DNA of 64,000 bases, from the NCBI RefSeq assembly GCF_018350175.1, contig NC_058368.1, positions 212,662,001 to 212,726,000 on the forward strand, given 5' to 3'. The notes under the pieces were generated by a model that saw only the letters and a list, made by a program, of their open reading frames with translations, was not told the origin of the DNA and made no database searches. This DNA is from Felis catus (taxonomy: Eukaryota). This document shows, one piece after another, positions 56,225 to 64,000 of the stretch. Within the stretch, counting starts at the first letter, position 1, and each line of letters starts with the position of its first letter. A program made the position numbers and the translations under genes.

Positions 56225-56426
56225 ATTTTATTTAATTTGTTTTGAGGGAGAGAGAGAATGAGTGGGAGAGGGCCAGAGAGAGGGAGAGGGAGAGAGAATC
56301 CCAACCAGGCTCCGTGGGAGCCCGACTTGGGGCTCACTCTCACAAACCATGAGATAGATCATGACCTGAGCTGAAATCAAGTCAGATGCTTTACCCGCTT
56401 AACTGACTGAGCCACCCAGGTGTCCC
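56225..56426 (-). mobile_element. CanSINE (older type) nested in MLT1
   Basis: Antisense body. TSD ttcctctggaggtt at 56211 and 56427. Confidence 0.92.
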
Positions 56427-56696
56427 TTCCTCTGGAGGTTCTGAGGAAGGATCTGTTCCTTGCTTCTTCCAACTGCAGGTGGTTGCTGGCATTCATTGGT
56501 TTGTGTCTATATCACTCGTCTTCAAGGCCAACATCTTCAAATCTCACTCTGTCTCCAACTTCATATCACCTTCTCTTCTTTGTCAAATCTGCCTCTATCA
56601 GATATATATTATATATATGAAGGTATATGTGATTGTGTTTAAGGTTCACCCTGGTAATCTAAAATAGTTTTCCATCTCAATCAACCTGATCATCTT

Positions 56697-56914
56697 TTTT
56701 TTTTAATTTTTTTAATGTTTATTTATTTTTGAGACAGAGAGAGACAGAGCATGAACGGGGAGGGCCAGAGAGAGGGGACACAGAATTGGAAGCAGACTTC
56801 AGGCTCCAAGCTGTCAGCACACAGAGCCCAACGCGCAGCTCGAACTCACGGACCGTGAGAGCATGACCTGAGTCGAAGTCAGAGGCTCAACTGACTGAGC
56901 CACCCAGGCGCCCC
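56697..56914 (-). mobile_element. CanSINE nested in MLT1
   Basis: Antisense body ending ccacccaggcgcccc. TSD ctgatcatctt at 56686 and 56918. Confidence 0.95.
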
Positions 56915-59900
56915 TCTCTGATCATCTTAATCAATTCTGCAAAGACCCTGTTTCCAGATAAAATAATGGTCCCAGGTTCCAGGAACTAGAATGTGGATAT
57001 CTTTGGGGACCATTTTTCAGCCTACCATGCCCAGAATCCCTGTCTTCCAAAGCAGTGGCTAAGAGCCTCATTCAGGGTCCACGAGTCATGGGCTTCCCAG
57101 GGGAAAACAAAAGATGAAGAGCAACCTGCACTGAGACCCTGGAAAACTGAATGTGACCCTAGAAAACCTTGGTTGAGTGGGTGAGTAGGTGATAACCTTC
57201 AGGAGCAGGTATGAACTAAGAGCCATGGCAATTTGGAAATTGTTCTTCATGTGGTTACATAGACTCTTGCAGCCTGCTAGAGACTGAGACATTTGGGTAA
57301 GCTGTAACCAGTATTTGACGAAGCAAAATACAAAAAAGGGTGATCATAAAGCAGCTTTATTTTCATCAGAGCTTCCCTTCATACTAGTTTGATGGGTTAG
57401 TAGCTAGTAGTTCTTTCCCAACCTGGGATAGGACTCAGGTAGGGTTTGTAATTTTCTGAACCTTTTAAATATTAAAAGTCCTCTGGTAAATCTCAATCCA
57501 GTAATTAAATGCCCAGTCCAGTATTAAAATCACAACTTTATACTTTATGTGAAGCTGAAGCTTCTTCCTTCCTCTGGCTCAGTGCTACTTCCAGCCGACA
57601 TGCCTACAGTGGGGAAATAGGGAATGACTCACCTCCCTACTTCCCAGCCTTGCACTTTCCTTCTCCTTCACCTACCCTCATCCCTCCACAGTAGTCATTT
57701 GTGAAGGTAGGCATAACTAAAAGAAAGTTTTCACTGACTAGAAGAGATATAATCTGATATTAGTGCTCTCTGGTTATTGCAGATTCTCAGTATGGATTCT
57801 TTTTCTCATGGGCAGTTTTCCTCTGGGTTTCTCTAAGATTCTCCCACTAGGAACATCAAATGGTAATTCATAAGACACTGGCAATCTGATTGACTGCTAG
57901 GGAGCTAAACCCCTTAGGCCTAGGAACCCAGCAATCATCACACACATATGCAGGCACCACACACATGTCAATTGCCTCATCACTGGCTCTGTTGGATAAA
58001 GTCCAGTTTAGCTGGCTCTCAGCTAACTCCCTCCCAAAGGGTCGCAATTGTGTCCAAGGTAAGCTCTCATGTGACCTGCCTGTGCAGTTCCCAAAAAGGC
58101 AGTTTACCCCAGTGCAGCCTGCATTTCCTCTTCTCTACCATTTCAAGTTTCTAGAAGCCAAGAAGTTTACAACTTTGGGACAACAATTCCACTGAAAAGA
58201 AATATCTTTGCAGTTATTGAAATAATTTTCCATAAAATCCTTTTCCCCGTTTTTCTTCTTCCTGTTCACTTGGTATTTGAAACCATAAAGAATATAGCAT
58301 GTAATTTTGACTTTCCAGGACTTGTACTAACTTATGGCCTTCTCCCAATTGATCCACACCATGTTACACTGAGTTCAGTGAAACCCAGGTACCTTTCCAC
58401 CCTCTTCCTCAATGTAAAGATTTTTCCATTGCCTGAAGGGCCATATCTTCCCTCTCCAACAAGCACAGAGGTTTGGTTCTAATATATGTAACACAGGTGT
58501 AGTAAAATACACAGTCTTTAGCCAGCTAAAGAGTAGGACTCTGGGACTTGGCTCCAAATCCCTCTCTGTCTCCTTACCCTGGGAAGATTAAACTCTCCAA
58601 CCTAGAAACTTTAAATCAGATTCTTTTTGTTTCCTAAAGCTTATACCAGTTGGCCCAAGAGGCCTTTTTTTATTATTTCCTTTTCTTCTGAGTAGCAACA
58701 ATACATGAGGAGAAAAGTCAAGTCTAGTTAGAGGCCAGATGCCCTTTAAGGCACTCGACACAAAAACCCTTCAGTAACCTCAGAAACCCTGGTTCTCAGG
58801 CCATAAGGCCATTTTGTTAAAGAAATGTGTTCTTTTTACCCTTTGCTATTTTACCTTTTCTAAAATATTTATTTCAATTCTAATTTAGTCTCTCCACTGC
58901 AGAGGCAGATTGAAATATTTGATTTATCTTCTAGAGAAAGTATTCAGGTTTCTTATCAGCAAAAATGGGCAAGGAAATTATTTTTCTAAATACATATATG
59001 TCTTATAAGAAAGTAGGACTTTTCTTCACAATTAAGTAATATTTTAAAGCTTAATCATCTAGATAACAATATATATCATAGAATGCATATTTGTTGACTA
59101 TTTAGGTATCCATATAGATTTCCAAAATATGTCATTTCCCTGAAAGACAAGTAACATGTGGTGGAATTTAATAGTTATATGGCTTTTATGGATAGGAATA
59201 CATTGTCTTGCAGTGGAATTTTAATGTATGATAAATGATATTTGAAGTAAGAATAGGTTTTTTAATGAATCCTAGATAAGGAATGAAGAAGTAGCAGTTA
59301 ATAAATTCAAAAATTCAGATTCAATTTTTACTTATACTTTTAAAATAACCACTTGTTATGTTAGACTTTTACCATACAGTCCGGAATTATAAAACTATAA
59401 ATCAAAATACATTGGAAACTCAAACTGTGCTTTAGTAAGATTAATTAAAGACTGCTACAAAATAGAAAGACTTCCAATTTTGCAGACATACATTTATAAT
59501 TGATGTGAAGTATAAAGATGATTGTCAATAATAAATCTTTTTATCATGTGTTCTACTTGGAGGATTATAGCCAAAATTGCTTTTAACTAATGTAAATAGC
59601 ATGAGTTTTATTTTTAGAGACAGAAAGACATAGGTTCAAATTCTAAGTTTACCACTTTCTAAATGTAACCTTGAGCAATTTACTTGGCTTGTCTGAATCC
59701 AGTTCCCTCACCAGTAAGGGAAATAGTAATGATAGTCCACTAGTTGTAAACATTAAATGACTTACCTGACCTCCAGTAAAGCTTTGGAGAACCAATAAGA
59801 CAGCAAATAATTAGAGACAAAATCTCAGAAAAGAAAGAAACCCACAGAGGTAAGCTCAGTATGGGGCCTCTTTTCCCCATCAGTGTCTCCTGGTTCCAGA

Positions 59901-60328
59901 AGAGGGTGCTGAGGAGGGCAGAAGTGAGCAGAACTTTGTATTGACTCACATGAGAATAATTGAAGTTCAGTGTCTGTTTTCAGCAGGGATTCTGAAAGGC
60001 AGCTTCTTAAGAATGATGGTGAATCAGAAGTAAACCAGCCCTCGCAGAGACTGCAGCCTAGCTTCAAATCACATTAATCCAAAAATAAGAAAAGAGAGGA
60101 AAGGAGCACACACAGGTGGTACTAAGTAACAGTACAATGGATTTAAATTCAAATGTATCCATAATTACATTAAGTAAAAATGTACTAAATACTCCAATTA
60201 AAAGACAAAGATTGACAGAGTGGCATACAATGTGTATATTCTTCATACTATGAGCCAAACCTAACATAAGGAAACCTAAAGTGCAGAAGTAAAAGTATGA
60301 AAAAAAAAATGTACCACTCAACACTAAA

Positions 60329-61105
60329 TGTGGTGGTTTTAAAATAACCCCTTGAATTCTTTGATAATACTTCCTTCAAAGGTAGTGCCAATCCCCCTTC
60401 TTCTTTTTTTAAATTTTTTTAATGTTTATTTATTTTTGAGAGAAAGAGAGAGATAGAGCATGAGCAGGAGAGGGGCAGAGAAAGAGAGGGAGACATAGAA
60501 TCTGAAGCAGGCTCCAGGCTCTGAGCTGTCAGCACAGAGCCCAACATGGGGCTTGAACTCAGGAACAGTGACATCATGTCCTGAGCTGAAGTCGGACCCT
60601 TAACCGACTCAGCCACCCAAGCATCCCACCAATCCCCCTCTTCTTCAGAATGGGTTGCATTTAATGACTCACTTCCAATGAATAGAATGTGGCAGAAATG
60701 AAAGTGTGCAACTTAGCATAGGTCATAAAATGTGTTGTGGCTTCCTCCTTGACCTCTATCCCTCAGACTGCTTGCTCTGTGGGAAGCTAGCTTCCAGATC
60801 ATGAGGTCACTCAGGCAGCCTTTTGGAGAGGTCCATGTGATGAGGAATCAAGGATTCCTGCCGACAGCCAATATGCAACTGAGGCCTTCAGCCAAAAGGC
60901 ATGTGAGTGAGCCATCTTGGAAATGGACTGTCCCCACTCCAGCCTTCAACCCCATTCAAATCTCATGAAGTTGTAGCCCCCCTTGACAACCTTGTGAAAG
61001 ACTAAGCTGCTTCTATGTCCCTGACTCCCTTAAACTATTAGAAACAATAAATATTTGTTGTTTTAAGCTACTGAGTTTGTTAGTCAGGAATAAATAACCA
61101 AATCA
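60329..61105 (+). mobile_element. MaLR solo LTR (MLT1E/F-like) inside L1
   Basis: tgtggtgg...gactcacttccaatgaatagaatgtggcagaa...gagaggtccatgtg...aataaatatttgttgttttaagcta. 5-bp TSD ctaa(a/c). Confidence 0.8.
60405..60628 (-). mobile_element. CanSINE nested in MLT1
   Basis: Antisense body. TSD ccaatccccct(t)cttctt at about 60388 and 60629. Confidence 0.95.
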
Positions 61106-61320
61106 CTAACCAAAAGAAAGCTGACAGAGCTATATTAAGATGACAAAAATATATACTTTAAGGCAAAAATGAGAAACATTATGGAAAAGGGGCATAATTT
61201 AACAGATAGTATAATAATCACAAATTTGTATCACCTAATAATGTAGCCTAAAAACATAAAAGTAAAAATTGGTGGAATTATAAGAAATAAGAGGCAAATG
61301 CACATTAATGCTGGAACATT

Positions 61321-61665
61321 TTTTTTTAATATAATTTGTTGTCAAGTTAGTTAACACAGTGTATACAGTGTGCTCTTGGCTTCAGGTAGATTCCTGTGAT
61401 TCATCACTTGCATACAATACCCAGTGCTCATCCCAACAAGTACCCTCCTCAATGTCCATCACCCGTTTTCCCTGCTCCCTCATACCCCCACCATCAACCG
61501 TTAGTTTTTTCTCTGTATTTAAGAGTTGCTTATAGTTTGCCTCCCTCTCTGTAACTATTTTTTTTCCTTTCCCTTCCCCCATGGTCTTCTGTCAAGTTTC
61601 TCAAATTCCACATATGAATGAAAACATGATATCTGTCTTTCTCTGACTGACATATTTCACTTATC
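61321..61665 (-). mobile_element. 5'-truncated carnivore/felid L1 3' end (about 345 bp)
   Basis: Poly-T followed by antisense L1 3'UTR (cccagtgctcatcccaacaagt.ccctcctcaatg). TSD atgct(g/a)gaacattt at 61308 and 61666. Confidence 0.88.
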
Positions 61666-63129
61666 ATGCTAGAACATTTAAAAATTTACCTCTATATAAA
61701 ACAGATAAGTGTTTTGTAGGTAACTACAAAAGTAACTCTGTAGATAACAGATAACTGTAATTGATAAAACAAGCAGACAAAAAATTATATAAAATATTTG
61801 AACAACCCACTTAAAAATATATGTAATTGAATACCCAACCACTGCAAGCCACACATTCTTTTCAAATACACATGGGAAATTTTCAGAATTGCTAAACCAT
61901 AAAGCAACTCAACAAATTTCAAAAAAATGACATCACACAGAATACATTAGATGACCATAGATCAACGTATAGTAAAAAGATAACTAAAAAATTCCCATAT
62001 ATTTGGAAAATACAAAATATGCTTCTAAACAACCTCTGGATCAAAGAAGAGATCACAATGGAAATTAGAAAATATTTTTAATTTAATGATAATGAAAATT
62101 GTGTGAAATTCAACTAAAATCATGCTTTAGAGGGAAATACATATATTAAGTTCATATATTAGAAAGAATAAAGGCTGAAAATCAGTGATCAAAGTATCCA
62201 TCTCGCGAAGTTAGTAAAATAATAGCAACTTAAATGCCTCAAAAATAGAAAAAAAGAACTGATGAAGAAAGGAACAGAAATTCATGGAACAGAAAACCAA
62301 CATATAATAGGATCAACAAAGTAAAAATTGATTCTTTGAAAAGACTAATTAAATTAGTACACTCTGGGCAAAGCTTATTAAGAAAAAAAAAAGGCACAAA
62401 TTCGTAACACAGGATTGAAAGGGTGATATAACTACTAATCCTATACACATTTAAAATATAATAAAAGGATATTATTTATAACTTTACAGATTGGAATTCT
62501 GTGATCTTTCCACAGTGATGGTTATCTTCTTATTTTTTCAATTTTATATGAACCTTCTTAATTTTCAGAATAGTTTTCTAAACTTTTCTACAAATTGCTG
62601 GCTCCATTTTCTTCAATTTTAAGTCTTCTTCTTATGGTCACTATTGAAAATGTTACCTCATTGGATTTTCTATACTGTTAATCTCCCATTTTATTTTGCC
62701 CAAGTCTTATTTAATAGAGAGAATATCCTAGATCATTATACTGAGGGGAAAAAGGCCACTTCATTTTTAAACAGTTCTTTCTCTTTGATATGAATCAATT
62801 TTAGAACTTTTCACATGCTATTTCTATTCCTTTCTACTGCAAAATATTTTTTGTGGTTCTCAGATTATTTTAATGTTTTTGTAATTTGATCATATTTGAG
62901 ATTTTAAGATTTTAAACTCATCCAGAGCATCATATGTAAACGAAGAGGATCTTGTTGGGACCAAACCAAGGCCAGGCCTTATACAAACAAATGCCCCCAA
63001 TATTTATTCTTCCTCCTCCCTCCTTGCTCCCCTATACACACATGGCAGTTTGGTGCTTCCACTTCTCTCTACCCAGATCTGGAGCTGGAAGGCAACTTGG
63101 AAGGCAGAAGAGGCAATGGTTGAACGAAC

Positions 63130-63378
63130 TAACTGACTTTGAAATCAGTAATATCTGGCCATATTTAGGCTCCACCATTTACTGGCTGTGTGTGTAACTT
63201 AGGACAAACTGATCTACTGAGAGGTTTTCTCAGTTTTCTAACCAGTAAAATTGATATGATAATAATAACCTCCTCACAAGTTTGTTGTGATGAATAAATA
63301 AAATTATGTATGAAAGTAGCTATAATAGCACCTGACCCATAGTTAATGCTCAGTAAATAGAAGCTAACAATAATCATT
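63130..63378 (+). mobile_element. MIR SINE
   Basis: ggctccaccatttactggctgtgtg...cttagg.caaa...ctcagttttcta..cagtaaaat.g..atgataata..acctcctcaca..ttgttgtga.ga.taaat. Confidence 0.7.
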
Positions 63379-63897
63379 ATCCCAGCTCCCCATTCCAGTT
63401 GGACTGCAAAGATGCATACAGCCAAGGGCCAGAGACAAATAGAAGTAGCTAGAAGTCTAGCTACTCAGTCAAAGGCTATAACTAAGACCTCATTATCCAC
63501 CTTAAATTATGTCAAAATTTAAAGTAAAAAAACTAGCACCTCAAGCTTGCAGGTACTAAATATAAAATGATGATACCAGTATCTCAAAGGAAGCATTTAA
63601 GTCAATATTCAGCTGAAAACTTCTGTCAGGTAGACTTCATGAGGGTAAATGCCAAACACCTGTTAACACAGATCATACCTTTAAGTTAGTATAGCTTTTT
63701 TAGATGTATGTTAAACTTCACACTCAAATTTCTTCTCAGTTAACTCCAAAGATCTTCAGCCATCTGACACAAACTATCTTGCCCTTTTCTATGGAAAAAA
63801 TCTATTCTACTTCTTAAAGTATTTTCACATCAAAAGATTAAAGCCTTCCAATCAAGAGGTAAGAATAGAGGGAGCTAGCTGAAATTGTTGATTATAC

Positions 63898-63899
<2 letters not shown>

Positions 63900-63936
<37 letters not shown>
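63900..63936. repeat. (TG)n microsatellite
   Basis: Direct read. Confidence 0.95.
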
Positions 63937-63938
<2 letters not shown>

Positions 63939-64000
63939 CTGATACCACTCTTGGAAGAGTAGAGGAGGGTATGAGTGACTACCCAAATACCTCAATAGCA

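Larger units (their letters stand above)
56065..57029 (-). mobile_element. MaLR solo LTR (MLT1C-like), split by two SINEs
   Basis: gttgctgtaacaaattacca.aaactcagtggcttaaaacaacagaaa.ttattctctca...atatctttggggaccatttttcagcctacca. Confidence 0.8.
60070..62490 (+). mobile_element. Old L1 (L1M/L1ME-like) ORF2 5' (endonuclease) region hosting nested insertions
   Basis: ataattacattaa.t.aaaatg.actaaatactccaattaaaagacaaagattg.cagagtgg; cacattcttttcaa...cacatgg; caaagaaga.atcacaatggaaattagaaaata. Confidence 0.8.

Overview
Repeat-rich, AT-rich mammalian genomic DNA, almost certainly from a felid (cat family). It carries about 20 tRNA-derived CanSINEs, two of which are young, CpG-rich copies of the felid SINEC_Fc type. 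It also has several decayed L1 blocks (about 20.8-24.2, 28.1-30.0, 40.8-47.4, 50.4-52.7 and 60.1-62.5 kb), older L2, L3, MIR, MaLR and ERVL LTR relics, hAT DNA transposon relics and microsatellites. I found no intact protein-coding gene and could not recognise any host-gene exon; nearly all ORFs in the track are repeat-derived or spurious. The one gene-derived feature is a decayed, intronless processed pseudogene of PDCD6 (ALG-2, penta-EF-hand) at about 18970-20330. It seems to preserve an unusual mRNA. It lacks the Gly-Phe dipeptide, like the known ALG-2 deltaGF122 isoform. It also carries a 68-nt insert, with an in-frame stop that would remove EF5, at the position I recall as the last exon-exon junction. 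This candidate fossil splice isoform is the best lead. I see no evidence for a novel multi-gene system. Repeat family names are from recalled consensus motifs, and boundaries of old repeats are approximate.
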